This document shows, in pieces, positions 10,033-19,737 of a stretch of DNA of 64,000 nucleotides (position 1 is the stretch's first letter; the number at the start of each line of letters is the position of its first letter). A program made the translations under genes and the position numbers. Source of the stretch: Thiotrichaceae bacterium UBA973 (GTDB lineage: Bacteria > Pseudomonadota > Gammaproteobacteria > Eutrophobiales > Eutrophobiaceae); the NCBI GenBank assembly GCA_002292815.1, contig DBBX01000003.1, positions 8,160 to 72,159 of the forward strand, read 5' to 3'. The notes beneath the pieces were generated by a model, which worked only from the letters and a program-made list of their open reading frames with translations, had not been told where the DNA came from and did not search any database.

Positions 10033-10596
10033 TTAAGGTAGCTCTGTCATAACTTGTTGTAATGATTTTCGTATAGTCTTCGGTACCTCAGCTGGAAAAC
10101 CATACCAAATTAGTCCAACAATTTTTTCCAGGTCTTTATTGACCCAAACTAAATCATAAAATCGATCTTCACGAGTTACCGGACCTGTCGACCACTTTGT
10201 ACCGATGCCTTTATCCCATAGGCAAAGCATCATGTTTTGAATAACACAGCAACAAGCAGCATAGTCTTCCTGAAAGAGTAACTCGTCATTTGATTTTTGA
10301 CAGGTCACAAGTAACCAGCCCGGTATCTCCATCCAACGTTTATACTTCTTTTCAGCAGCCTCTATCCCCTTTGTTTCAATTAGCGTTTCCTTATTCAGCT
10401 CACAAATACTACTTACTGTTTCCTGTCCTAATGAATAAAAATGCCATGGTTCAGAAAGATGATGGTTTGGCGCCCAACACGCTGTCGCCAATGCATCTTT
10501 AATTACCGATAGTTCTGGAACCTGTTCAGAAATGAAATCGTGGATCGTGCGACGAGATTTAATTATCTCATCCAGGTCCATCGTGTGATTAACCAT
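10033..10596 (-). CDS. nitroreductase family protein
   Basis: SRRTIHDF ... nitroreductase fold signature near the N-terminus; about 187 aa. Confidence 0.7.
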   Translation of the reverse strand: MVNHTMDLDEIIKSRRTIHDFISEQVPELSVIKDALATACWAPNHHLSEPWHFYSLGQETVSSICELNKETLIETKGIEAAEKKYKRWMEIPGWLLVTCQKSNDELLFQEDYAACCCVIQNMMLCLWDKGIGTKWSTGPVTREDRFYDLVWVNKDLEKIVGLIWYGFPAEVPKTIRKSLQQVMTELP

Positions 10597-10866
10597 TAAA
10601 ACCTCGTTAAATTTTCGTAATTAATATTAAAAATATTTCTTGCTTAGGGATAATAGCATTTGCATCTTATTCAAACCTTGATGATTGTCCTAGCATTCTA
10701 TTTTTTGTCCATGACAATAATATTTCTTATATTTATATATATATCATATACTTATATTATTTTTATCATTTTATTCAAATAATGGTAGTTATTTTTCCTC
10801 GACTTAATCGACATCTGTCCAGTCTTTGTCTACCATGGAGTCATCCAAATATGAGAATTATTAATT

Positions 10867-11859
10867 ATGACTATCTCCGCAAACCCTACTACTGAGACTT
10901 TAACTAGTTTTAAGATCGGTGCAGTTTCGCGTATTACCAATATACCGATTGATACATTACGCATTTGGGAAAGACGCTATAGCGTTGTAGTACCAATTCG
11001 TTCAAATAATTCTGATCGCCAATACCGAAACGATGATATCAATAGACTGACATTGTTAAAGATGTTGGTCGACAGAGGCCACTCTATTGGCAGCATAGCC
11101 CCACTCGCTAATGAGAAATTAATCGAACGTTTGGAAATACATGATCAAAATAAAATCCGCACAAAGTCAGATGACACAAAAAAGAACGTACGTGTCGTTG
11201 TGATTGGCGAGGTTTTATCATTACAACTTGAACATTTCGATATCGCTGAATCAGATTATAGCTTCACAGGATTGTATCGAAATGAAACTGATTACACTGC
11301 AAACAAACAAGACGATGCGATAGATGTATTGATATATGAATGTCCAGCTATACAGGGAGACCACGTTAAAGAAATTGATGCGTTATTCAAAAACTCAGGC
11401 GCAAAACAATTAATGTTGATATATGGATTCACTAATAGTGCGGCAAAGAAATTATTAAGAAAAACTGATTTTACCTATATACAAGCACCTATAACCATTG
11501 ACCATCTAAACAAAGAAATAAATGATTTAATTACAGAAAATAATATCTCTGAGGATAATAATTTTGTTTCTGACCTAGATAGTAAAGCCCCGTTAAGAAC
11601 ATATTCTAATAATGAATTAATTAAACTATCTTCCGCTTCAGCTACGATCAAATGTGAATGTCCACAGCATCTTTCAAGCATGATCCTGAAATTAATTCAA
11701 TTTGAAATATATAGTGATGAATGCGCCACCAGATTTAAAAAGGATGGTGATTTACATAAATTGCTTGGAAATTTGACAGGCCATGCCCGTTCAATAATGG
11801 AGCAGGCATTAAAAAAGGTAATAGAAGCAGAAGCAGAAACTGATAGTGTAAAACCATAA
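10867..11859 (+). CDS. MerR-family transcriptional regulator with an atypical C-terminal domain
   Basis: N-terminal MerR HTH (KIGAVSRITNIPIDTLRIWERRY). Middle Rossmann-like region (VRVVVIGEV ... VLIYECP ... LMLIYGF). C-terminal Cys motif CECPQH. Confidence 0.65.
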   Translation: MTISANPTTETLTSFKIGAVSRITNIPIDTLRIWERRYSVVVPIRSNNSDRQYRNDDINRLTLLKMLVDRGHSIGSIAPLANEKLIERLEIHDQNKIRTKSDDTKKNVRVVVIGEVLSLQLEHFDIAESDYSFTGLYRNETDYTANKQDDAIDVLIYECPAIQGDHVKEIDALFKNSGAKQLMLIYGFTNSAAKKLLRKTDFTYIQAPITIDHLNKEINDLITENNISEDNNFVSDLDSKAPLRTYSNNELIKLSSASATIKCECPQHLSSMILKLIQFEIYSDECATRFKKDGDLHKLLGNLTGHARSIMEQALKKVIEAEAETDSVKP

Positions 11860-11876
11860 ATTCAGGAATACATTTT

Positions 11877-12776
11877 ATGTTAAATAATAAAAAAACTTTT
11901 TACTTTTTCTGTTGGTTTATGTTGAGCTATGCCAGTGCAGTGCCGGCTAATGAATACAAACCATTTCACCCTCCCGGAAAATTTATAAATCTTGGTATGC
12001 ATGTGATGTATATCGATTGTTTTGGAGATAAGTCACCAACAGTACTAATTGATGTTGGGATTGCTGACTCTTCTGCTAATTGGCATAAACTTGCAAAAAG
12101 CCTATCAAAAGATGTCCGCACATGTATATATGACCGAGCCGGTTATGGTTGGAGTGACCCAGGTCCTGGTACAAGAACAACGGCACAAATCGTACATGAA
12201 CTTAATATGTTGCTCGAATTCGCTGAAGTTCCAGGACCTTATGTATTAGTAGGCCATTCTTTCGGAGGATTTACAGCAAGATATTTTGCTGCGACTCACC
12301 CAAATAAAATCGTCGGTGCCGTATTAGTTGATTCATCGCATCCAGATCAAATATATCGACTATCAGAACTCGATAACATAAAAAATAAACCACCTTTGAA
12401 AATAACCCGAAGAGAATTGGCACCAGCTTCTATGACTGACTTTGAAAAACGCTGGTACGCATTAAATTCGAGTAGAAAAGCAGTGTTTGCACAGATGAAT
12501 GAACTAAAATACTTTAAGCAAAGCGCGTATGAAGTAAAACACTCTGGCCCGATGTCTGATATCCCTTTGGCAATACTAACCAGGGGGAAGACTCAGTTAC
12601 CCGTGATTAATGGTGTCTCACTTGAATCAGCATGGCGTGATATGCAAAAAGATTTACTTAAACTCAGTAAAAATAGTTGGCAGTCTGTAATTAAAGATAG
12701 CGGTCATAATATTTACAAAGATGCGCCTGAGGAAGTAATCAGTAACATATTAAAAGTAGTTAATCTATCCCGATAA
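11877..12776 (+). CDS. secreted alpha/beta-fold hydrolase
   Basis: Signal peptide; GHSFGG nucleophile elbow; 18 nt after the MerR gene, so likely co-transcribed. Confidence 0.65.
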   Translation: MLNNKKTFYFFCWFMLSYASAVPANEYKPFHPPGKFINLGMHVMYIDCFGDKSPTVLIDVGIADSSANWHKLAKSLSKDVRTCIYDRAGYGWSDPGPGTRTTAQIVHELNMLLEFAEVPGPYVLVGHSFGGFTARYFAATHPNKIVGAVLVDSSHPDQIYRLSELDNIKNKPPLKITRRELAPASMTDFEKRWYALNSSRKAVFAQMNELKYFKQSAYEVKHSGPMSDIPLAILTRGKTQLPVINGVSLESAWRDMQKDLLKLSKNSWQSVIKDSGHNIYKDAPEEVISNILKVVNLSR

Positions 12777-12795
12777 AAGAATAGTCATAACCGAC

Positions 12796-13299
12796 TTATA
12801 TTTCTCGTGAATCGTATGCCCAATGTAACAACGCTTGTCTTTGTTTTCGTCTGCATTGTAAATCATACTTTTCGCAGTTTTTTCTAATCGCACCTCTATG
12901 CCTGACAATCGCTTTCCATCGCTTAATCTGTCGATAATCTTCTTCTGGAATGCGACGACCCATATAATAACGGCAATACCACTGAAACCAGCCACGCGGG
13001 TCTTCCTCAAATATCCAGCCTTTCTTCTGCCACTCTATTAAAGGCAGTGAGGCATCAACGCCATAATAATTGAGCTGAGGATTTTTTTTGAGTGAAGATA
13101 ATTTCGCTTTCTTGAACCAACTCTCTGGAAACTCATCTTGGCAATCGGTCATATATTTTCCACCAAATATGCCAAGCGCTAACATTTCTTTGGGCTTGAG
13201 CTCAGGTTTAAAATCATGATCGAAGTTCCTGCCCACAGGTTCAATCAGAGAATAAATATAATCCGACTGCATATTATCGTTGACAATAACTTTTCTCAT
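12796..13299 (-). CDS. conserved hypothetical protein (167 aa, Trp/Arg/Tyr-rich C-terminal half)
   Basis: ORF with motif WFQWYCRYYMGRRIPEEDYRQIKRWK; no family confidently recognised. Confidence 0.4.
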   Translation of the reverse strand: MRKVIVNDNMQSDYIYSLIEPVGRNFDHDFKPELKPKEMLALGIFGGKYMTDCQDEFPESWFKKAKLSSLKKNPQLNYYGVDASLPLIEWQKKGWIFEEDPRGWFQWYCRYYMGRRIPEEDYRQIKRWKAIVRHRGAIRKNCEKYDLQCRRKQRQALLHWAYDSREI

Positions 13300-13309
13300 A
13301 AGTAGTTAT

Positions 13310-13828
13310 CTATCTGGATTGGTCAACATAAATCAATTGATCTGTGTCAAAACCTAATTCTTTTGACCTGAAAATAAATCTATCAATAATATCCTGACTA
13401 ACCGTTGGTGTTCTTGCCAATAACCATAGATAAGATCTGTTGTTGCCGGACACAAATGAATATTGATAATTTTCTTTGTCGAGTTCAAAGACGATGTAAG
13501 AACCATAAAATGGCCCGAAGAAAGATACCTTCAAATGACCTTTATCTTTAGAGCTGACAAAGTAGGCTTTACCCTCCGCCTCATTCCAGTCTTTATTCTC
13601 AGTGGAATATCCTCTGTTTATTACTTTGACACCACCATCTTCTCGTAGCGAGTATTCAGCATTAACTTTATCCAGCCCTCGTTCAAACGAATGATCGAGT
13701 CTTGCGATTTCATACCATTTTCCAAGATACTTGTTCATTTCAAAATCAGACACTGCGGTAATGCCTTCAGGCAAACCCGTACACGCACTTAAAAATAAAG
13801 AGAAAAAAAGAATTAGGAATATTCGCAT
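13310..13828 (-). CDS. blc: outer-membrane lipoprotein Blc (bacterial lipocalin)
   Basis: Lipobox LSAC; lipocalin SCR1 GKWYEIARL; length and motifs match Blc. Confidence 0.85.
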   Translation of the reverse strand: MRIFLILFFSLFLSACTGLPEGITAVSDFEMNKYLGKWYEIARLDHSFERGLDKVNAEYSLREDGGVKVINRGYSTENKDWNEAEGKAYFVSSKDKGHLKVSFFGPFYGSYIVFELDKENYQYSFVSGNNRSYLWLLARTPTVSQDIIDRFIFRSKELGFDTDQLIYVDQSR

Positions 13829-13850
13829 ATGTCAGATTACCCGATGTAGT

Positions 13851-14204
13851 TTATTTATCTGTCCAAACAGCATATTCATTACCGTTTGGATCACTAAAAT
13901 GAAAGCGGCGACCGCCGGGAAAACAGAATATGGCTTTAAGATTCGAACCTCCAGCCTTTTCTATTTTTGATTTTGTCATGTTCAGATCATTACTATAGAA
14001 AACAATCAATGCAGCACCTTTCTTAGCTGATGAGCTTAATGCTGATTTAAAAAACCCGCCATCAATTCCTTCATTTGTGAAAGCGGTATAATCAGAGCCA
14101 TAATCGACAAATGACCAAGCAAATACTGTTGTGAAAAACTTTTTTGCAGCTTCGATATCTCTGGCTGGAAACTCAACATAATTTATTTTTTCATGTTCGT
14201 CCAT
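13851..14204 (-). CDS. VOC (glyoxalase/bleomycin-resistance) family protein
   Basis: About 117 aa; beta-alpha-beta(3) glyoxalase-like pattern. HFSDPNGNEYAVW C-terminal motif typical of VOC family. Confidence 0.6.
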   Translation of the reverse strand: MDEHEKINYVEFPARDIEAAKKFFTTVFAWSFVDYGSDYTAFTNEGIDGGFFKSALSSSAKKGAALIVFYSNDLNMTKSKIEKAGGSNLKAIFCFPGGRRFHFSDPNGNEYAVWTDK

Positions 14205-14296
14205 AATGCATTTTCAGTTTAATTTAATTGAATTATTAAGGAGAGTAGATAATTATACTCTTAACTTAAAATAAACCACCAAAAGAGAGAATCATT

Positions 14297-14623
14297 ATGT
14301 CTAAAATGCAATGGACAGAGTTGAAGGATGCCCCTGTAAACGAGTTATTTGAAGGCATTCGTATGCAAACACTGATGGAAGATGAAACCGGGATTAAAGC
14401 GATGCTTGTAGAATTTGCTCCAGGCGCCTGCTGGGAAGGTGGTGATGATATCCATGAATCTAGTTCAGAAGAGGTTTATATTGCTTCCGGGGTCTTCAGC
14501 GATGGTGAACGTGATTACCCTGCTGGTACCTATATTCATATGCCTAAAGGTTCGGCGCATGTCCCTCAGTCTAAAACAGGCTGTACTGTCTTTGTCTTTT
14601 ACCCTGAAGGCAGACCTTTATAA
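14297..14623 (+). CDS. cupin-domain protein (ChrR-like cupin)
   Basis: 108 aa; GxxxH...YIHMPKGSAH cupin motifs. Confidence 0.6.
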   Translation: MSKMQWTELKDAPVNELFEGIRMQTLMEDETGIKAMLVEFAPGACWEGGDDIHESSSEEVYIASGVFSDGERDYPAGTYIHMPKGSAHVPQSKTGCTVFVFYPEGRPL

Positions 14624-14632
14624 TAAATAGTC

Positions 14633-14929
14633 TTACTTTTTAAGCTTCTGTGGATTTCGGTTTGGACAAGTTTTGTCGCTACAACGATCAGGAATTGTCT
14701 TGGTGCCTTCAACGATTAGTGCACCACATTTCTTATCGCCGCGGAGGCACTTACATTTCTTTCCTGTTGGTCGTGTCTCAACATAAAAATTGCAACCTTT
14801 AGCTGAGCACCTATAGACAGGTCCAAACCGGCCACTAGCTGGCTCAAGTGTACCTTTGCCACACAGTGAGCAGCTAACACCGGTGGGTTTTAAATCATCA
14901 AACTTAGTAGCTATTGTCATTATCATCAT
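14633..14929 (-). CDS. topoisomerase-I-type C4 zinc-ribbon protein (YrdD-like)
   Basis: Multiple CxxC pairs (CSLCGKG...CSAKGC ... CKCLRGDKKCGA ... CSDKTCP). Confidence 0.55.
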   Translation of the reverse strand: MMIMTIATKFDDLKPTGVSCSLCGKGTLEPASGRFGPVYRCSAKGCNFYVETRPTGKKCKCLRGDKKCGALIVEGTKTIPDRCSDKTCPNRNPQKLKK

Positions 14930-14957
14930 TACTTACCGTATTTACAGTCACTAATTC

Positions 14958-15569
14958 TTAGTTTGCTTGCCAGCATGCTTCAACTAACAGTTTCTCTTTA
15001 TGGAAAACCTTGCCGATAAACTTATCACCAGAATTAATAACGCCACTACCTTTTGGTGTACCACACATTAATAAATCTCCATCTTCAAATGAAAGAAAAC
15101 TCATGGCCTCGTCCAATAACTGCTGAGGTTGATTCAACATTAATTCACAAGCACCGTCCTGAATTAAACAGTCATTTATAAACAATTCCATCCTCAACTC
15201 ACTAATGTCGCAATTAAAGGAAATAAATTCACTAAAGACAGCAGAATTATCAAATGACTTAGCCCGTTCCCATGGCAAACCCTTTGTCTTCAACTTAGCC
15301 TGAAGTTCTCTCTTTGTTATATCAATACCAAAGCCTACGCCTCGTAGTTCACTATCAATAATCATAAATGTAATTTCTCCTTCATAATGAATCACATCTG
15401 AATTACAAAGGTGTATCTCGTTAGAGATTGCTGAGTTTGGTTTTAGGAAGATAATTGGCTCTTCTGGGACTTCATTATTCAGTTCCCGAATATGTTCCAC
15501 ATAGTTTCGACCAATACAAACAACTTTTGATGGCAAGAGCTCCTTGCCGTTCCATTTTATGGATTTCAT
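14958..15569 (-). CDS. fumarylacetoacetate hydrolase (FAH) family protein (YcgM-like)
   Basis: 203 aa; VVCIGRNYVEH...EEPIIFLKP N-terminus and GTPKGSG near the C-terminus are typical of FAH family. Confidence 0.7.
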   Translation of the reverse strand: MKSIKWNGKELLPSKVVCIGRNYVEHIRELNNEVPEEPIIFLKPNSAISNEIHLCNSDVIHYEGEITFMIIDSELRGVGFGIDITKRELQAKLKTKGLPWERAKSFDNSAVFSEFISFNCDISELRMELFINDCLIQDGACELMLNQPQQLLDEAMSFLSFEDGDLLMCGTPKGSGVINSGDKFIGKVFHKEKLLVEACWQAN

Positions 15570-15631
15570 TTTACTCGCTTACCGGGATGAATTGTTATAA
15601 AGGATTATAGATATCATTACTTTCCCTTTAG

Positions 15632-16069
15632 TTAACTAATGCTTTTATTATCTTCTTCTGTCTTGGTATCTTTTTTATAATTGGTGTCTTGTCGTTTGAG
15701 ATTAACAGCATGCTTCTGCTGATAAATATCGAATACTTTGTCGGCATCAAGTCCGGCACACATCATTGCGGATACCAGAAAATGTAGAATGTCGATTAAT
15801 TCAACCCGAATATTTTGCATATCAATTTCATCTTTGCTCCACCATTTCCATAACAATTCTTCATCAAGTTCAACTAATTCTTCTTTCATGGCCTTTGCAT
15901 AGTTCATTAACCATTCATTTGGTAGTTCATTAACATTCAACTTATTCTCAGCGACAGCAGCAATGATCGACTGCATATTCAGATCCTGTCCCGACTTATC
16001 TTTGAGTTTATTTTTACTAAAGACATAATCATTAAGTTCTGTCTGCATCTCGAAAATCTTATCTAACAT
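15632..16069 (-). CDS. all-alpha NTP pyrophosphohydrolase (dimeric dUTPase / MazG-like) family protein
   Basis: 145 aa helical protein with the acidic ELVELDEE motif and the HFLVS motif of dimeric dUTPase/MazG-like enzymes. Confidence 0.55.
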   Translation of the reverse strand: MLDKIFEMQTELNDYVFSKNKLKDKSGQDLNMQSIIAAVAENKLNVNELPNEWLMNYAKAMKEELVELDEELLWKWWSKDEIDMQNIRVELIDILHFLVSAMMCAGLDADKVFDIYQQKHAVNLKRQDTNYKKDTKTEEDNKSIS

Positions 16070-16210
16070 GGTGCTCTCCGCTTTGCTATTTATGAGGGTG
16101 ACAGACTCTAGCCTGTCTTTTGATAACTTACCACGATTAGACTGCCTGACAAATCCTGTCCCGATTCGATGAATACTATATAATCGCGCTTTTTCTAGTG
16201 CTGGTGTGCA

Positions 16211-18121
16211 ATGGCTTTAATCACTTTTGGTGAGGTTTCTCTCGAATTCGGCGATCAACTCATACTCAATAATGTCAGTATGGCAGTGGAGTCGGGCGAG
16301 CGTGTCTGTCTGATAGGCCGCAACGGTACCGGTAAATCAACCTTGATCAATATTATTGCCGAGAAGATTGAGGCCGATAGCGGTGAAATCATTAAACAAT
16401 CTCATCTCAGGGTAAGCCAATTAGAACAATCTCTGCCACAGACACGAGACATAACGGTACGAGACTATGTGGCTGAAGGGCTCATTCATTTACAATTATT
16501 ACTCAAAGAGTACGAAGAGCGCTCACATCAATTCGATGATACAAATCCAGCCAGCTTACGAGAACTGGAAGACTTACAGCATCAGATCGAAGCCGAGGGT
16601 GGCTGGAATATCGATCAACGTGTCGAAACCGTTATATCCGATATAAATTTACCAGCTGAGTTAAAGCTTACTCAACTATCAGGTGGTTGGCGACGGCGAG
16701 TTGCACTTGGTAAAGCTCTTGTGAGTAACCCGCAATTATTATTACTCGATGAACCGACTAACCATCTTGATCTAAGTACTATTGAATGGTTGGAAAATCG
16801 TGTGCTCAATTTTAACGGTGCCGTCATCTTTATCACGCATGACCGGGCATTCTTGCAAAAACTGGCAACACGCATCATTGAATTGGACCGCGGTAATCTT
16901 TCCAGTTGGCCGGGAACCTATCAAGACTACCTAATGAACAAGGAAAAGGCTCTTGAAGAAGAAGCGAAAGCAAACGCTTTATTCGATAAAAAAGTAGGGG
17001 AAGAAGAGGTCTGGATTAGACAAGGCATAAAAGCGCGACGAACACGTAATGAAGGCCGAGTGCGTTCTTTAATCAGCATGCGGTCAGAAGTTGCTAAACG
17101 CTTAAAACCTCAAAACAAAGCGCGTATTACTATTGAAGAAGCCGAGCAATCGGGACGTAAGGTGATCGAAGCACACAAAATTTGTCATAGTTATGGTGAA
17201 CAGAACTTAATCGACAAACTCTCATTAAAAATCATGCGTGGTGATCGTATTGGTCTGGTGGGTAACAACGGCGTTGGTAAAAGTACTCTGTTAAAAATAC
17301 TCTTGGGTGAAATCGAACCTACTTCCGGCACGGTAAAGATTGGTACTAATCTGGAGATTGCTTACTTTGACCAATTACGTCGTAACCTTGATCCAGAGAA
17401 AACAATTGCACAGATTGTTGCCGATGGTGGTGACTATATAAAATTGAATGGTAAAGAACGTCACGTTATCGGTTATTTACGTGGCTTCCTGTTTTCTGCT
17501 AAACGGGCAATGACAAAAATAAAAGTGCTATCTGGCGGTGAGAAAAATCGTGTCATCCTGGCGAAATTATTAACGCGTCCCAGTAACTTATTAGTGTTAG
17601 ATGAGCCCACTAATGATCTTGATGTTGAAACACTGGAAGTTCTGGAAGATAGACTCATGGAATACAAGGGAACATTAATTATCGTCACGCACGATCGTGA
17701 GTTTCTCGATAACGTCGTCAGCAGTATTCTTGTATTTGAAGACTCCGGCACGATTCAAAACTATGCCGGTGGCTTTAGCGATTGGCATCGACACGGCAAA
17801 CACCTGGCTGAAATGGATAACCCGACAACAGCAAAAGAAAAAAAGAGCAAATTAATTGACGCTGATAACAAGCAAAGAAGCAATAAAAAACTAAGTTATA
17901 AATTAAAACTAGAGCTAGAGAAATTGCCTGCAAAGATAGCGGCATTAGAAAAGTCTATTTCTGGGTTGGAAGTGAAAACCAGCGCTGCTGACTTTTATGC
18001 CACGCCATATGAAGAACAACAACCGATACTTGATGAACTAAATATTAGGCATAAAGAATTGGACACAGCTATTCGCCGTTGGGATGAACTTGAAACAATG
18101 GCAAAAGAGTTACAAACATAA
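16211..18121 (+). CDS. uup: ABC-F family ATPase Uup
   Basis: Two ABC cassettes (GRNGTGKST / GNNGVGKST, LSGG motifs), long linker and coiled-coil C-terminal domain; 636 aa as in E. coli Uup. Confidence 0.85.
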   Translation: MALITFGEVSLEFGDQLILNNVSMAVESGERVCLIGRNGTGKSTLINIIAEKIEADSGEIIKQSHLRVSQLEQSLPQTRDITVRDYVAEGLIHLQLLLKEYEERSHQFDDTNPASLRELEDLQHQIEAEGGWNIDQRVETVISDINLPAELKLTQLSGGWRRRVALGKALVSNPQLLLLDEPTNHLDLSTIEWLENRVLNFNGAVIFITHDRAFLQKLATRIIELDRGNLSSWPGTYQDYLMNKEKALEEEAKANALFDKKVGEEEVWIRQGIKARRTRNEGRVRSLISMRSEVAKRLKPQNKARITIEEAEQSGRKVIEAHKICHSYGEQNLIDKLSLKIMRGDRIGLVGNNGVGKSTLLKILLGEIEPTSGTVKIGTNLEIAYFDQLRRNLDPEKTIAQIVADGGDYIKLNGKERHVIGYLRGFLFSAKRAMTKIKVLSGGEKNRVILAKLLTRPSNLLVLDEPTNDLDVETLEVLEDRLMEYKGTLIIVTHDREFLDNVVSSILVFEDSGTIQNYAGGFSDWHRHGKHLAEMDNPTTAKEKKSKLIDADNKQRSNKKLSYKLKLELEKLPAKIAALEKSISGLEVKTSAADFYATPYEEQQPILDELNIRHKELDTAIRRWDELETMAKELQT

Positions 18122-18126
18122 TAAAT

Positions 18127-19014
18127 ATGCAGATCGATAGACGCTATTTAATTCATGGTCTTTTACCTGCCTTCTTTTCTGCTTGCTGTTTTGCAGTCAT
18201 GGCAGTCTGCATCAAAATAGCCTCTTCTGAATTACCCGCCGTTCAATTAGTCTTTCTCCGTAGCATTATTGGCTTAATCATCATCCTGCCCTTTGTCTTG
18301 CCGAGAGGTATCGATTTCGTTAAAACCCCAGTATTACATTTACACATGCTTCGCGGCTTTATCAGTCTCTGCGCAATGACCTGTTTTTTCTATGCCATAT
18401 CACATGTCGGACTATCAGAATCAACCTTACTAAATGCCTCGTCACCATTATTCGTCGGTCTGTTAGCTTTTTCAATACTCAAAGAGAAAGTCACTAAACA
18501 TAGTGCCGTAGCCTTAGTCGTTGGTTTTATTGGTGTATGTTTTATATTAAAACCCGGTACGATATTATTTACATTCGCCGCATTGATTGGATTATGTTCT
18601 GGTTTTTTTATTGCCTGCGCAAAAATATTAGTTCGCTATATGGCAAACACAGAACCCGTCTTGCGCACTGTTTTTTACTTCAGTATTTTTTCAACTATTT
18701 ATTCAAGCATATTGATGATCTGGTTTTGGCAGACGCCAACGATGTTTGATGTGTCGATCATGGTGCTCGCAGCTATCTGTGCTACCGGCGGGCAAACACT
18801 ACTGACCTATTCCTTTACACATAATGAAGCAGTAACAGTAGCACCATTTACCTACGTAACTGTAATGATGGCGACGTTATTCGGCTGGATCGGTTGGCAT
18901 GAATTGCCGGATGTCGGCTCTAGCGTTGGAGCAATTCTAATTATTGGTTCTTGTTTGTCTCTGACAATTCAGGGCAAGTTGCCTAATCCATGGAAACAAA
19001 AACCGCCTGAATAA
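18127..19014 (+). CDS. DMT-superfamily (EamA-like) transporter
   Basis: 10-TM hydrophobic profile, duplicated EamA-like halves. Confidence 0.7.
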   Translation: MQIDRRYLIHGLLPAFFSACCFAVMAVCIKIASSELPAVQLVFLRSIIGLIIILPFVLPRGIDFVKTPVLHLHMLRGFISLCAMTCFFYAISHVGLSESTLLNASSPLFVGLLAFSILKEKVTKHSAVALVVGFIGVCFILKPGTILFTFAALIGLCSGFFIACAKILVRYMANTEPVLRTVFYFSIFSTIYSSILMIWFWQTPTMFDVSIMVLAAICATGGQTLLTYSFTHNEAVTVAPFTYVTVMMATLFGWIGWHELPDVGSSVGAILIIGSCLSLTIQGKLPNPWKQKPPE

Positions 19015-19074
19015 CAGATAGCATTCTGTTCTTAGCTAATACTTTATACGTCTAGAAATTAAGCTGAGAAGGAA

Positions 19075-19098
19075 AACCAAAGGCGATAGCCTTTGGTT
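19075..19098. terminator. stem-loop AACCAAAGG-cgatag-CCTTTGGTT; likely terminator for the minus-strand small ORF and possibly also the plus-strand transporter gene
   Basis: Perfect 9-bp inverted repeat with a 6-nt loop, T-rich flank on the minus strand. Confidence 0.45.
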
Positions 19099-19118
19099 TG
19101 TCCTGCTTAAACGCCTCG

Positions 19119-19286
19119 TTATGTCTCGTCTGTTGTTGCCGCTTTATCGTCGCTGCCCGTTAAAGCTTCAGCGGCCGGCGGCTGACTATCGACTGATTTT
19201 GCTTTTTGCAGGCGCTTCTCTTCCTTCTTTTTCTTTTTCGCTATTTCTTTCTGGCGCTTTTCATATGAGTAATTGGGTTTAGCCAT
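19119..19286 (-). CDS. small Lys/Glu-rich protein (55 aa), below the threshold of the ORF track
   Basis: ATG..TAA ORF MAKPNYSYEKRQKEIAKKKKKEEKRLQKAK...; followed by the hairpin above. Confidence 0.3.
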   Translation of the reverse strand: MAKPNYSYEKRQKEIAKKKKKEEKRLQKAKSVDSQPPAAEALTGSDDKAATTDET

Positions 19287-19381
19287 TCGTTTTCTCTTCT
19301 ATATAATTAGGATTGGTGCAGTTAAAACACAGCATATTTCAACTGATTGCGCTCTTCTGCATGGTAGTTTAACAGACATAG

Positions 19382-19729
19382 TTAGTTTTGGTTAAGACCA
19401 AGTTCCTTCTGCTTTTTCTTGGTTAGGCCTAAAGAAACAATGCGGCAAGATTCTTTGAGATAATATTCAAGTCCATCATCCTCAGTAACCGGCATATCGA
19501 ACCATTGCATCCACTTCATTCCGCGAAAAGAAAAGTAAGGCGCTGGCCGATAACCGCGCTCGTCACTGAGAAAAAGAAAATAGAACTCAGACGTTTTAAA
19601 TAAGAATGCAGGTTTATCAGACTTTTTTCCGCCTCCAATTGCACATACCTTTCCCCTACTTTCTACACATGTGAACCTCCCCACTGAATAACGTATGCAG
19701 TGAGCGGCTACAGGCGCTTGTTCGGGCAT
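19382..19729 (-). CDS. hypothetical Cys-containing protein, last gene of the permease/thioredoxin operon
   Basis: ORF only; 8 nt downstream of the thioredoxin-like gene on the same strand. Confidence 0.3.
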   Translation of the reverse strand: MPEQAPVAAHCIRYSVGRFTCVESRGKVCAIGGGKKSDKPAFLFKTSEFYFLFLSDERGYRPAPYFSFRGMKWMQWFDMPVTEDDGLEYYLKESCRIVSLGLTKKKQKELGLNQN

Positions 19730-19737
19730 GTTTTATT

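Noticed and set aside
10733-10745. (TA)6 tract upstream of the MerR gene as a phase-variable simple sequence repeat
   Set aside because: Too short for reliable slipped-strand variation, and it lies in a generally AT-rich promoter region.
16090-16125. ACAG-N8-CTGT inverted repeat upstream of uup as a LexA box
   Set aside because: Orientation is the reverse of the CTGT-N8-ACAG SOS-box consensus; more likely an incidental hairpin.
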